In this document: piece by piece, positions 49,774 to 60,504 of the stretch
Layout: every line of letters starts with the position of its first letter
Numbering within the stretch: position 1 is the stretch's first letter
Notes under the pieces: model-generated
Database searches by the model: none
Seen by the model: the letters and a program-made list of their open reading frames with translations, nothing else
What the model was told of the DNA's origin: nothing
Assembly: GCA_016839555.1 (NCBI GenBank)
Contig: JAEOUA010000005.1
Location: forward strand, 32,001-96,000
Length of the DNA stretch: 64,000 nt
Direction of reading: 5' to 3'
From: Promethearchaeota archaeon
Lineage (GTDB): Archaea > Asgardarchaeota > Lokiarchaeia > Sigyniarchaeales > SOKP01
Program-made: the position numbers and the translations under genes

Positions 49774-51114
49774 ATGGCTAATATATTTCTACAAATCCTG
49801 GTAATCATTTGTTTTTTAGGGGTAGTAATCGTCCTCTTTTTCGAGGAAAAGGATTATATCTATTATACTTTTGTGTTTATCGTAATTGCAGGTGTTGCAA
49901 CTGCGATATTTATTCCAGAGGCGCGCTCTATAGAATTTTATATCTCTCAAATTGAATGGGATGTAATTTTCTTTCTCATAACTATGTTTATTATCGTTGA
50001 AATTTTAAAAGATAATAAAATTTTTGATGAAATTGCACGTCGTATAGTATTAAAATATGGAAGTAATCCAAGGATATTATTCTATGTCATTTGTATTGTT
50101 TCTACATTATTGGCGACTGTTATTGAGGATCTTTCAATTGCAATGATTTTTGCTCCGATAATTATTGTTGCTACCCGTAAATTGAATATGAGACCTGCAG
50201 CTTACTTGCTTGGAATGACTATATGTATCAATATAGCTGCTACTCTAACTCCCTTTGGTTCTGCACAAAATATTTTAATTACAGATGCCTTTAATTTAGA
50301 TCTTTTTTGGTTTATTCTTTATCTTGGACCATATTTTATTCTCTCATTTTTAACTACATTATTCTTATTAGATAAGCTTTCCCTTTCAAAGGATATCGAG
50401 TATTGTAAAAAACATGTGTGCGCTTTTGAGGAAGCACAAATTAATTTATTATTAGATTCTAATCAAGTCGAGAAGAAGCAATTTATAAAAAATTTAATCG
50501 GGCTCGTTATCTTTATAATTTTACTTGTTTTTATCCCGGTATTATACCTAGCTGGCCTAATTGCCGTATTAATATTTGTTTTAATTAATCCCGTAAAAAA
50601 AAAGAAAGAGGATAAGAAATCAATTTCATTATCCTATTATCTGTCAAGAGTAGATTATAAATTAATCTATTTCTTTATCTGTCTTTTTATTTTTGTAGGA
50701 TTAATGGATTTAAATGGTACTATTAAATTTTTAGAATCGTTGTTAGAAAGATTTTCCTCTGAAAATGAATTTGTTTTGGCGTTAATTATCCTAATTTCGA
50801 CCTCTATTTTAAGTGGATTTTTAGATAACACTCCCGTCACTATAATTTTTATTCCGATTATCCAAATTTTAATTGGCTTACCTGAATTTTATAGAGGCCC
50901 TCTTGTAATAGCGTTTATTCTTGGTATTAATTTAGGGGGAAATTTCCTACCTCAAGGAAGTGCTGCAGATATGATGACACTGGAAGTGAGCCGTGAAAAT
51001 AATGTTCAAGATCTCTCCTATAAAAGACTTTTTAAGGTGGGGGGATTGTTTGCTCTACTCCATGTTTTATTAGGAATAGGGTATCTTGCGTTAATTATTT
51101 TCTTACCTTTTTAG
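49774..51114 (+). CDS. ArsB/NhaD (SLC13-like) anion permease
   Basis: I.WDVIFF, NI...LTPFGSAQN, SGFLDNTP, LG.NLGGN..P.GSAA motifs. Confidence 0.85.
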   Translation: MANIFLQILVIICFLGVVIVLFFEEKDYIYYTFVFIVIAGVATAIFIPEARSIEFYISQIEWDVIFFLITMFIIVEILKDNKIFDEIARRIVLKYGSNPRILFYVICIVSTLLATVIEDLSIAMIFAPIIIVATRKLNMRPAAYLLGMTICINIAATLTPFGSAQNILITDAFNLDLFWFILYLGPYFILSFLTTLFLLDKLSLSKDIEYCKKHVCAFEEAQINLLLDSNQVEKKQFIKNLIGLVIFIILLVFIPVLYLAGLIAVLIFVLINPVKKKKEDKKSISLSYYLSRVDYKLIYFFICLFIFVGLMDLNGTIKFLESLLERFSSENEFVLALIILISTSILSGFLDNTPVTIIFIPIIQILIGLPEFYRGPLVIAFILGINLGGNFLPQGSAADMMTLEVSRENNVQDLSYKRLFKVGGLFALLHVLLGIGYLALIIFLPF

Positions 51115-51211
51115 AATAGTTATAGTAGCATATTTGAATTAGAAAAATAGCAATAAGAATAAAAACAATATAATAAATTGATCTTAAAAATTAAGAGTTG
51201 AAAAATAGAGG

Positions 51212-52321
51212 TTAGAAAGTAAATTCATATTGAGCGAGCCCTAATTCTTCCTGCATTATTTTTATATCTTGCTGAAGACTTTTATTAAGGGGAATCCCCT
51301 TTTCTTTTCGTTCTAGTTCTGCTTCATATTCTTTTTCACCAGCAGTATAAATACGTTCTGCGTATGGTTCTTTTTTAGCACTACGCAATGTTCTCATAAT
51401 ATCACCTGCAGTGTTTTTAAAAGTCTCAACTGGTAAAAAGCTTGCAATATTGATTGCCAGAAAAAAATGACCGACTTTTAATCGCTTTTGACCATTTTCA
51501 ATAATGCCAAGAGTATCTCTAAGAAAAATTCCATTGCATAGCGCTGCGGATAATAACTCACAGACAGTCGCATAGCCATATCCCTTATATCCTGATTTTT
51601 CCTCCCCTGCTCCTCCTAAAGGGAGTAAAGCAGCTTTTCTCTCAAGCATTTTTTCGAGTATTTTTGAGGGATCAGTCATTGAGTTTCCCTTTTCATCAAT
51701 TACCACTCCCTCTGGTAATTTTTTTTCCAAGCGCTCATATAACTCAACCTTCCCTCTCTGAATTATGGATGTTGCACAATCAAGACAGAATGGAAATTCC
51801 TCATCTGTGGGGGCGCCGACTGTTAATGGATTTGTACCTAACATAGGTTCTACTCCAAAAGTGGGAGGTATAGAAGGGCGTGCATTGGTGGTTGTTATTC
51901 CAATCATCCCCTCTTTGATCGCCATAAGTGAATAATATCCTGCGATTCCGAAATGAGTGGAGTTCCTTACAGCAACGGCTCCTAAACCATATTTTTTGGC
52001 TTTTTCAATAGCGCTTTTCATCGCTTTATATGCGATAAAATGTCCCATACCACAATTACCATCCCATAATGCTGTTGTGGGGCCATCTTTTATTATATCT
52101 ATTTTGGTATTAGCCTCATATATTCCCTCTTTGATTCGATCATAGTACATTTTACAGCGCTGGATACCATGGGTGTCAATGCCTCTTAAATCTGAAGCGA
52201 TTAAAATCTCTGCTATGATTTTTGCATCTTCTTCTGGAACACCCAATCCAATAAAAACGTCGCTCATGAAATTTTCAAGTTTCTTAGGATGTATATACAC
52301 TATTTTTTCTTCATTTGTCAT
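51212..52321 (-). CDS. Ldh_2 family oxidoreductase (close paralog of 40034-41161)
   Basis: SDLRGIDTHG..R, RNSTHFGIAGYY, NARP, GTNP, LDCATS, GYKGYG. Confidence 0.9.
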   Translation of the reverse strand: MTNEEKIVYIHPKKLENFMSDVFIGLGVPEEDAKIIAEILIASDLRGIDTHGIQRCKMYYDRIKEGIYEANTKIDIIKDGPTTALWDGNCGMGHFIAYKAMKSAIEKAKKYGLGAVAVRNSTHFGIAGYYSLMAIKEGMIGITTTNARPSIPPTFGVEPMLGTNPLTVGAPTDEEFPFCLDCATSIIQRGKVELYERLEKKLPEGVVIDEKGNSMTDPSKILEKMLERKAALLPLGGAGEEKSGYKGYGYATVCELLSAALCNGIFLRDTLGIIENGQKRLKVGHFFLAINIASFLPVETFKNTAGDIMRTLRSAKKEPYAERIYTAGEKEYEAELERKEKGIPLNKSLQQDIKIMQEELGLAQYEFTF

Positions 52322-52421
52322 TTAAAATCATCCTTTTACTACTATATGATGATAATTATTTTAGGAAATTAATATTTTTATCTTAATTCATAGGATTCTT
52401 CTTTAAAGCTTTTTTTAGCTT

Positions 52422-53480
52422 TTATTTTTTCCACAAACTATTAATAGGGAGTGGAAAGGGCATTTTTTCATTTAAAGTTTTTTCTGCCCATCCATTAACC
52501 AATAATTTATTTACTTCATTTGTTAAATACTGATTTGATTCAATACATCGTTCTAAAAATATATCTCCATCACTCTCAATACATTTTACTTTCCCTAAGC
52601 GCCATGATTCCTCAAGATGACTTAAAAGAAGGTAATAATCCCATGTTTGCGCACATATTTTATAATCTTCTGAATATTGCTCTCCCATTTCAGCAACGGG
52701 ATACACAAAGTCTCCAACATCTTTCAATTTAATGGGTTTATTAGATGGCAAGAGGTCAATTGCTTTTTTGGTTCGCTTATCAATTAAGTGTAAATATCTA
52801 TTTAATTCCTCTTTCTGATTTTTTAATGGGATAGGATTAATTCTATGAGAAGAGACGATATAATTTGCATTTTTATTTACTAATTCTCTAGCAGCAGACT
52901 TAAAAGATTGCACAGCTAGGCCCCGTTGAGGAACTCCGTACCATGGGACTGGGGTAAAATCATAATCGCAAGATAATATAATTTTAAGATTTCCATCTTT
53001 AATTTCATAATCAAGCATATGGAGGCAATGAGCATTCGTTTCATGAGCAAATAGTGAGACCTCATCATATATAATTGTGTCATTATCATGTAAAAGGACT
53101 TTTCTGTTTGAGGGATAAGAACGATCTTGAAAACCCAATGAACTGCCAAAAGCTTCGAAATGATGAATTTGGTCTTTTTGAATTCCAGCATATAATCCAA
53201 CACGAGCTTTTTTCTCACATCTCTTCAAAGTATCGGGATGCGCATGAATTTTAGCATTTGATTGTTCAAATATAGCTGCTAATCCACGTCCATGATCTAA
53301 ATGTGTATGAGAAAGAATAATATCAGTAATATCTGAAACCGATAAATCAAATTCAGCTCTTAAAAATCTAGAAATTCTTGATATTCCGGGATTGGTATCG
53401 ATCAAGATTTTTTCTTCATTTAAATTGATAAATAAAGCATTTCCGGAAGGAAATTTAGATTTATCTTCGCCTAAAATCAT
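52422..53480 (-). CDS. MBL-fold metallo-hydrolase
   Basis: LIDT, SHTHLDH, H, D and SSH metal ligands; frame stays open upstream to 53534. Confidence 0.75.
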   Translation of the reverse strand: MILGEDKSKFPSGNALFINLNEEKILIDTNPGISRISRFLRAEFDLSVSDITDIILSHTHLDHGRGLAAIFEQSNAKIHAHPDTLKRCEKKARVGLYAGIQKDQIHHFEAFGSSLGFQDRSYPSNRKVLLHDNDTIIYDEVSLFAHETNAHCLHMLDYEIKDGNLKIILSCDYDFTPVPWYGVPQRGLAVQSFKSAARELVNKNANYIVSSHRINPIPLKNQKEELNRYLHLIDKRTKKAIDLLPSNKPIKLKDVGDFVYPVAEMGEQYSEDYKICAQTWDYYLLLSHLEESWRLGKVKCIESDGDIFLERCIESNQYLTNEVNKLLVNGWAEKTLNEKMPFPLPINSLWKK

Positions 53481-53651
53481 CCATATATTATTGCTTAACT
53501 TTTTATAATTATGAGTAGTGATAGTTAATATCTCCTATTTTATTATTAATAAATTCCAATCTAAATTCCATTAAGAATTAGTTTTTAAAAACTAAATCTC
53601 AAATAAATGAATAGTGAAATACTAATATATTTATAGATACAGAAATTAAAG

Positions 53652-54386
53652 CTATTTTGAAATTCTAATTGTAAATAGTATTACACCTTGTACAGTTAAA
53701 AACAATCCAACTGATTTAGAGATAAGAGATAATAAATACATAGGTATTCTAATAGTATTTCCAAATATCCCAATTACTAATATGATTACTGGTTCACTTT
53801 GAAGAAAAGCTCCAAAACCATAAAATATTATACCTAAAGCGAGACATATGCACGGAAACCGTTGAATTGATGGTTTCCATGCTAAATATAAAAAATATGA
53901 TGGTATAATAATTATAAGAATTAAAAATCTTAATTCAAATATGGATACAATTTGAAAGTCCTCAGAAGAATTGACAGGATAGAAAAATTGAATAATACCT
54001 AAAATTAAAAGTAAATAAGCTAATAATCCTTTGAATTTAAAGTCCATAATACTCCGATCAGTAATATATAAAAAGATTGTCGCTCCAAATGTAGTTATTA
54101 GCATGGCTATTTTCCAAACTAATATAGCTGGCATTTTATAAAATTCATTCGGATCTAATTTAGTTAAATAAAAATCAAAATAAAAAAATAATATTCGAGA
54201 TACCAGCATAGATATAACAAATATAAATATACCAAGTATAAACCCAGATGGAAATTGACCTGTCTCTTTTTTTCTCTCTAACATTTTCAATAAGATATAT
54301 AAAGCGAGAAATAATTTCACATTTATTAAAATAATTGTCAAAATAAAAGAAAAATTAAAATCAAAAGTAGTAAGTGGATTGCTCAT
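53652..54386 (-). CDS. Hypothetical 7-TM membrane protein
   Basis: Seven hydrophobic segments in 244 aa, no soluble output domain. Confidence 0.7.
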   Translation of the reverse strand: MSNPLTTFDFNFSFILTIILINVKLFLALYILLKMLERKKETGQFPSGFILGIFIFVISMLVSRILFFYFDFYLTKLDPNEFYKMPAILVWKIAMLITTFGATIFLYITDRSIMDFKFKGLLAYLLLILGIIQFFYPVNSSEDFQIVSIFELRFLILIIIIPSYFLYLAWKPSIQRFPCICLALGIIFYGFGAFLQSEPVIILVIGIFGNTIRIPMYLLSLISKSVGLFLTVQGVILFTIRISK

Positions 54387-54434
54387 AAAACATCAAGAAT
54401 TTATAGTTTTATTTCTATAAAAAATTTATTAAAT

Positions 54435-54848
54435 TTAGTACCAAAATCCTTGCTCAAGTTTTTTTATAGGGTCCTCTAATGATTCATGAAATATTTTCTC
54501 AAAGTCGGAAAATATATCGATTTCTCCTTTCCAGTCTTCTAATTCTTCTTCATAATTTTTAAAAAAAGCGTCTATAAGAATTTCTAGTTCTTTATGAACA
54601 TTTTTTTCTTTATATTTTTTATCTGAACTAACAATAAATAATAAATTATTTCTTTTAGCAAATGAATAGCGTTTTTTTTTTAAATTAAAACTGCTCAATC
54701 CTTCATTAACTAGTTCTTTAGCAAAATTATTTAAAGCAGTCATTAGTGCCCCAAATAATTGCGCATCTATTTTTTCTTCAAAAACTCTATTATATATAAC
54801 AATTCCAGAATTATTAATAATCCAAATGTCTTGTAAAATTTTTCCCAA
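54435..54848 (-). CDS. Longin/roadblock-like domain protein (Asgard type)
   Basis: IWII..SG..IY, D.QLFGALM.AL..FAKEL, LLFIV, L..L...F...Y...L..W.G....F..F pattern. Confidence 0.7.
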   Translation of the reverse strand: MGKILQDIWIINNSGIVIYNRVFEEKIDAQLFGALMTALNNFAKELVNEGLSSFNLKKKRYSFAKRNNLLFIVSSDKKYKEKNVHKELEILIDAFFKNYEEELEDWKGEIDIFSDFEKIFHESLEDPIKKLEQGFWY

Positions 54849-55001
54849 AAGGATTACCTTTTATTATTGCTTAAAATAATTTCCACTATGCGTAATTATA
54901 AGTAATTTATTTATTAAAATTTATATTAATTTTTTCTACATTTAGGCTACATTAAAGAAAGAGTTTAGGAAATTAAAGTTAGATTCTTTTTTTTTAAGAA
55001 T

Positions 55002-55757
55002 TTATTTTTTGAATAATTCAGAAGCTAATTCAAAAACCTCGTTATGAATTTTATATCTTATCTCCCTGGAAATATCATTTAAGATATCGTCTGGTATTAT
55101 TTCTAGATATTCTTTTAACTCTTTTTGAATGATTGGGTTTATTCTGCTAATGAAACTATTAATATACTCCGATTTTTTAAGGTATCCCAGTTTAAAATCT
55201 TGAATATATGTTTTATTTAATTTTTTTACCCAGTCGCATCCTCTTTTTTTTAGCTCTCTAATTATATTTCTAGAATTTTCCTTATTGAAATCCTCTAAAA
55301 AAAATCCATATTCTTCAATAATATCTTTAAAGTGATTTAAAATCTTTTTTTGAGTCTTTAATGACAAAATAGTATTCGAATTAAGAAAAATAATAATCAT
55401 GAATTTCTCAAATAAAAAGGAGATCTGGATCTTTAAATTACTTCCATGAATTTCAAGATAACTTAAATCTTTAATATTATTATTTTTAGCGAAAATCTTA
55501 AAACTACTAAAATACATGGATACCAAATCAATTTCTAATAAAGAATTTTTATCATCTGATAAATAGGATCTTATTGTTCCATAATTGCTATGTTCATCGT
55601 ATTCATAAGTCATTATGGCATTACCGAATAGATCTGCGAATAAAATGCCTACGATAGGAGGGATTTTATTAAAATTATTATCATTATAGATATATTGAAC
55701 TAAAGCTTTTTTCGGATATCTAATATCATTGATATAATTAATATTTTCACCAGTCAT
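55002..55757 (-). CDS. Longin/roadblock-like domain protein with helical C-terminal extension
   Basis: GILFAD..GN, DLVSMYFSSF..FA, LEI.G....I, MIIIFLN pattern: strand-strand-helix-strands-helix. Confidence 0.5.
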   Translation of the reverse strand: MTGENINYINDIRYPKKALVQYIYNDNNFNKIPPIVGILFADLFGNAIMTYEYDEHSNYGTIRSYLSDDKNSLLEIDLVSMYFSSFKIFAKNNNIKDLSYLEIHGSNLKIQISFLFEKFMIIIFLNSNTILSLKTQKKILNHFKDIIEEYGFFLEDFNKENSRNIIRELKKRGCDWVKKLNKTYIQDFKLGYLKKSEYINSFISRINPIIQKELKEYLEIIPDDILNDISREIRYKIHNEVFELASELFKK

Positions 55758-56224
55758 CGTTATAACAGCTTCTTTTTCAACTCTAGTATTTTATCAATTA
55801 TTAAAATAGAGAGAGTGTTTAATTTTAATTTAAAAGAATTAGTTATTATTTGTAAAATATTGATTAAAGGTTATAGATTTTTTTTTAAATTATAATATCT
55901 AATAAATTATTTTACTTGAAAACTAGCTACTATTTCCTCTATTTTGTGCCTAAATATTTATATTATGCTAATAAATTGATTTTGTTCTAATTTTATTCCA
56001 ATATATAATTATAAACAAAAAAGACCAAATCTAGTTAATTAAACTAAGTTTAGGCATTTCATAAGCTGGTCTAATAGCCTTATAACAATAATTAAAAGCC
56101 CTTACATGCCCCAAAAACCCAGCCCCTGCTTCTGACCACTCTTCATACTATTTTATAAATTAGTAGTATTGATAAAGAATGATGCATATTTAAAAATATA
56201 AAAAAATAATGATGAAAAACCAAA

Positions 56225-56935
56225 ATGAATGAAATTCAAACTATAGAAGGAAACCCAGTACGCAAAGAAGTTGAAAAAATGATTAGCGAAAATGATTATG
56301 AAGGATTGATTTTTAAAGCAGCAGAATTACATGGTCATTTATGCAATTATTTAGCTTATGGAGTTATGGCAGGATGTATTGCTGTAAAAGAATTGGGTGT
56401 TAAAAGTACAGGCATGGAGGAAGTGATTGCGATTTGTGAAACAAATAATTGTTTTTCTGATGGTGTACAAATGGTTACAGGGTGTTCTTTTGGAAATAAT
56501 GCTTTAATATATAAAGATGTTGGAAAAACCGCCTTCACATTGACAAGACGAGACGGAAAAGGAATAAGAATTATCTTAGATGCAGAGTTTGAAGACTCTC
56601 GTGAAATGGAGTATCCTGAAGCTTATGAACTATGGAATAGATTAATTGTTAAAGGGGAACAAGGAAGTCCTGAAGAATATGGAAGAATGATGCAGCTATT
56701 CCATGAAATGTCTCTGAAAGAGTTATATAAACCAATAGATAAAATGTTTAAAATAGAAAAAATAAAGGTAGATTTACCCCCTCCATCTGTTATGGCACTC
56801 TCGGTGAAATGTGCCATTTGTGGAGAAAATATCATGGAAACTAAAGCAAGAGTGAAAAATGGACAAACAGTTTGTTTACCTTGTGCTAATCAAGAGAAAT
56901 ACATACTTGATAGTACTGGGATTTCAATAGATTAA
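56225..56935 (+). CDS. FmdE family protein with C-terminal zinc finger
   Basis: HGHLC...A.G, ETNNCFSDGVQ.VTGCSFG, D.GK, C..CGE...CLPC. Confidence 0.88.
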   Translation: MNEIQTIEGNPVRKEVEKMISENDYEGLIFKAAELHGHLCNYLAYGVMAGCIAVKELGVKSTGMEEVIAICETNNCFSDGVQMVTGCSFGNNALIYKDVGKTAFTLTRRDGKGIRIILDAEFEDSREMEYPEAYELWNRLIVKGEQGSPEEYGRMMQLFHEMSLKELYKPIDKMFKIEKIKVDLPPPSVMALSVKCAICGENIMETKARVKNGQTVCLPCANQEKYILDSTGISID

Positions 56936-57042
56936 ATGATATTAATATTCTATTAAATTATGAGATTTAACACCCTTCTTGTTAGCTAATCATTTGAAAT
57001 CAAATATCTCCACTTTTTTTCTTTTTTTATTAATCAGTTCAA

Positions 57043-57324
57043 TTGAAAATATTGCATAACATCTTCATATTATTTCATTTTATCAATTTTCTTAAAATTT
57101 CTTTAAATATGATAGTAAATGATTTAAATGATAAGATAAATATTAAAGGAAAAGGAAAGTTTTATAAAGAGATTACCGTTGATGATGATGGCGAGGGGAT
57201 TGCCTATGTGTTTCCCGATACCAAAGAATTTATTAATATATTGAAGCGGAAATTAATTCAAGAAAAATTTCTTTCCATTGTGGAAGAACAAGATGACCAT
57301 GAAATAGAAGCACAAGAAATTTAG
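57043..57324 (+). CDS. Hypothetical protein
   Basis: 93-aa ORF; the protein-like part begins near the internal Met (MIVNDL). Confidence 0.45.
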   Translation: MKILHNIFILFHFINFLKISLNMIVNDLNDKINIKGKGKFYKEITVDDDGEGIAYVFPDTKEFINILKRKLIQEKFLSIVEEQDDHEIEAQEI

Positions 57325-57447
57325 TAAGTTTTTATCTTTTATGCGATGAAACTCTAATTTAATTACTCGTAAATTTTGCATCGTCTAAAAACAAGTTTTT
57401 CTCTTATTATTATAAAAAAATATTTTTAGAAAAGAATTATTCACTAA

Positions 57448-58902
57448 TTGATGTTAGTGGATAAGAATAAAAGTGATATTGATCAAATTGAATCTCTTTT
57501 TTATCCAAAAGATATCGCTTTTATTGGAGCAACGGAAAGCAGCACCTTTGGATCCATGCTATATTTAAAGGATTTTAAAGATTCTGAATGGTCAGACAAT
57601 TTTTATCCCGTAAATCCTAAACATGATGAGATTTTAGGCTGGAAGTCTTATCCTTCAGTATTAGAAATTCCTAATCACGTGGATACCGCATATATTTCCG
57701 TGAAAACTAAAATAGTTCCAAAGGTATTACAAGAATGTGTAGATAAGGGAATAAAATGGGTAATTATTTTTTCCTCTGGTTTTTCAGAAACAGGCGAAAC
57801 AGAAAGGAAAAAAATAGAACAGCAATTATATGAAATAATTAAAAACTCTGATACAAGAGTTATCGGTCCTAATTGTCTTGGACCCTATAATGGAATCACT
57901 GGCATGAGTTTTTCATTTGCGGCACGACCAAAAAAAGGCACTACCTCTTTTATGTCGCAATCTGGAGGACATTTAAGTCAATTATTGGATATCGGAGTAA
58001 AAAGAGATTTAAGATTTCGATATGGTGTTTCTTTTGGTAATCAAGTGGATTTGAATTGTCTCGATTTTTTACGTTTTTTTAGAGAAGATTTGGGAACTAA
58101 AATTATTGCAGCGTATTTAGAATCATTTGGTTCTTCTACAGGGCATGAATTTTTTATGGAACTTAAGGAAACGACGAAAAAAAAGCCAGTCTTACTATGG
58201 AAAGGAGGATATACACAAGATGGTTCTCGTGCGGCATTTTCACATACTGGTGCCTTAGCTTCTGATTTTAAATTGTGGCAAACCATGGCAAAGCAAACAG
58301 GAGCAACTTTAATTAGAGATAATGAAGAATTTTGGAATACTATAAAGACCTTTGAGCTTTTATATCCTACCAGAATGCCTCAAGGCAGAAATGTGGGAAT
58401 AATTACGCCCGGAGGTGGATCATCTGTAAATATGACAGACTTATTTGCATCTCACAATTTAAAGGTTCCAGAATTAACTCTTGAATCTCAAGAAAAGCTC
58501 AGTAAAATCTTACCAAAAGAAAATGTAAATATTAAAAATCCAGTAGATCTTGGGGCTTCGGGATTCAACATTAACATATTTCTTGAATGTATTGATTATC
58601 TAACCCAAGATAATAAAATAGATATTATTATGATTCCATTATGGAAGCATCACGTTTTCCGCTATGTATTTAAACGGATGATTCAATTACTAAAGAAGAG
58701 GGCAAAACCCTTCGCATTTTGTCTGCCCAGCTTAGCAGATTCGGTAGAATTAGCAAAACGATTTAATATCGCTAAAAGGATCATACATAAAGAGAGAACA
58801 CTATATTATTTTTCCTTAAGAGATGCCGCAAATAGTGTTTCTAAACTTTGCGATTATCTGGATTATTTAAATGCTCATAATATAAAAATTCAAGAGAGTT
58901 AA
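57448..58902 (+). CDS. Acyl-CoA synthetase (ADP-forming) alpha subunit
   Basis: P..IAFIGA, YPVNP, SSGFSETG, GPNCLG, SQSGG, YLE, KGG, AA.SHTG.LA, NPVDL. Confidence 0.88.
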   Translation: MMLVDKNKSDIDQIESLFYPKDIAFIGATESSTFGSMLYLKDFKDSEWSDNFYPVNPKHDEILGWKSYPSVLEIPNHVDTAYISVKTKIVPKVLQECVDKGIKWVIIFSSGFSETGETERKKIEQQLYEIIKNSDTRVIGPNCLGPYNGITGMSFSFAARPKKGTTSFMSQSGGHLSQLLDIGVKRDLRFRYGVSFGNQVDLNCLDFLRFFREDLGTKIIAAYLESFGSSTGHEFFMELKETTKKKPVLLWKGGYTQDGSRAAFSHTGALASDFKLWQTMAKQTGATLIRDNEEFWNTIKTFELLYPTRMPQGRNVGIITPGGGSSVNMTDLFASHNLKVPELTLESQEKLSKILPKENVNIKNPVDLGASGFNINIFLECIDYLTQDNKIDIIMIPLWKHHVFRYVFKRMIQLLKKRAKPFAFCLPSLADSVELAKRFNIAKRIIHKERTLYYFSLRDAANSVSKLCDYLDYLNAHNIKIQES

Positions 58903-59025
58903 ATAATAAACATTTCACTAATAAATTAATAATCCTGTAAAACTTCTGTTTTCTATTTTAATTCTCGTTTGATATAGCTATATTAACATAAAATAAAAAA
59001 AATAAAAAAGAAGATATTTGAATTT

Positions 59026-60504
59026 TTACTCCTCAGATTCTTTTTCTTTTGCTAATCGATCTATTTTACTATCAAGTTTTGATTCAACTTTTGGCATTTC
59101 TGGTAAATGTTTTAAGGTTTCTTTATAATTAATTCCAGACTTTTCCAAGCGTTTTCTTTGAATTAGATATAATAGTGCCCCGACAGCTGTATAGGGGAAA
59201 ACAATTAATGCAACCACAAGTCCCGCATCAGGATCTGTAAATACCAAAAACACGAATATAAATGAAGTAATTGCTCCCATTATACCCATTATTTTTAATG
59301 CTCTGCGAGAAGGTTTAAATCCTGATTTTTCATGCCATTCTGGAAATTTTTTAGGAAGTGTTATTGCGGCTAGTGACACTGGAATTTGCAAAATAAGAAC
59401 TACTACACCTACTACTGCGCTTAATAATACTGCTGAAGTATATACTCCGTAAAATGGAGACAAGATAGGGATAAATGTAAAAAGAAATATTATACCAACT
59501 ATCAGAAGAAGTGTTAGGGCGGGAATTGGGGTTTTTTGTTTTTTATGAATTTTACCTAGTTTTTTTGGAAATAATTGTTCTCTTGAAATCATATAAATAT
59601 CCCTGCTGAAAGCCATAAAACTCGGATGAATAGTAGATCCTATTGCAGTGATAATAAGGACAGCCATGATTCCAACTACAACTGGAGGCAATAATCCTTG
59701 TAGTGCAATTAATTCTGTGACAGTACCGACGGGCTCATCATACGGTTGAACGGCTGCAACCATAAATGCTTGAAGCGTGTAAATAGCGACCAAGAAGATT
59801 ATACTGATAAGCAAAGCTCTCGGAATATTTTTCCCGGGATTTTTTATTTCACCTGCAACTTCTAAGATCAAAGTGAATCCAACATAGGAGAAATAAAATG
59901 TTAAAGCAGTAAATAAGACGGGGGGAAATCCTTCTGGGAAAAGTGGCATGAAATTCCCCCATTTGATAGCGGGAATTGCTGCGACAATGAATATTATCAT
60001 TACAAATATATCTCCAAATATCGTTAAAATCAATTCAATTGCGCCAGAAAGTTGAATTTTAATCCAATTTAAAAAATAGAACACAATTAAAACGATCACC
60101 CCAATAATTACCGAAAACCATACCATCGCATCAGCAGGTATTCCAATCACTTGACCAATAAAAAATCCGAAAGACGCCCCTAAATAAGCTAATGTAGATC
60201 CTACAGCTAATATAATTAGCCAAACAGTCATAAATCCACCAAATCCTCCCATCAATCGACTTACTATAACGTAGGTGCCTCCTGCCACGGGAAAGGCTGA
60301 TCCTAAGTAAGCAGCGATATAAGCTATAAAAATTCCAGGTATAACAGCAATAAGATATGAAATGAAAATTGCTGGACCAGTTTCTGAGAGTTTTTCTGCA
60401 GGAGCAATCCAGATAGAAGCTCCAATTACCATACCTATAATTATAAAGATTGCCATAGGTAAATTTAAGCCGCGTTCTAATTTTTCTTCAGCCATTTTAT
60501 TCAC
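59026..60504 (-). CDS. APC family amino acid permease
   Basis: L.R.L, G.VIGASI, P.AGG.Y, Y.GF......GE.KNP.KNIPRA, SR, TP motifs; about 12 TM helices. Confidence 0.88.
   Translation of the reverse strand: MNKMAEEKLERGLNLPMAIFIIIGMVIGASIWIAPAEKLSETGPAIFISYLIAVIPGIFIAYIAAYLGSAFPVAGGTYVIVSRLMGGFGGFMTVWLIILAVGSTLAYLGASFGFFIGQVIGIPADAMVWFSVIIGVIVLIVFYFLNWIKIQLSGAIELILTIFGDIFVMIIFIVAAIPAIKWGNFMPLFPEGFPPVLFTALTFYFSYVGFTLILEVAGEIKNPGKNIPRALLISIIFLVAIYTLQAFMVAAVQPYDEPVGTVTELIALQGLLPPVVVGIMAVLIITAIGSTIHPSFMAFSRDIYMISREQLFPKKLGKIHKKQKTPIPALTLLLIVGIIFLFTFIPILSPFYGVYTSAVLLSAVVGVVVLILQIPVSLAAITLPKKFPEWHEKSGFKPSRRALKIMGIMGAITSFIFVFLVFTDPDAGLVVALIVFPYTAVGALLYLIQRKRLEKSGINYKETLKHLPEMPKVESKLDSKIDRLAKEKESEE

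Noticed and set aside
56031-56147. GC-enriched 38-codon minus-strand frame (YEEWSEAGAGFLGHVRAFNY...)
   Set aside because: Preceded by a stop with no start codon at its 5' end, and no family recognised; at most a gene remnant, needs blastx
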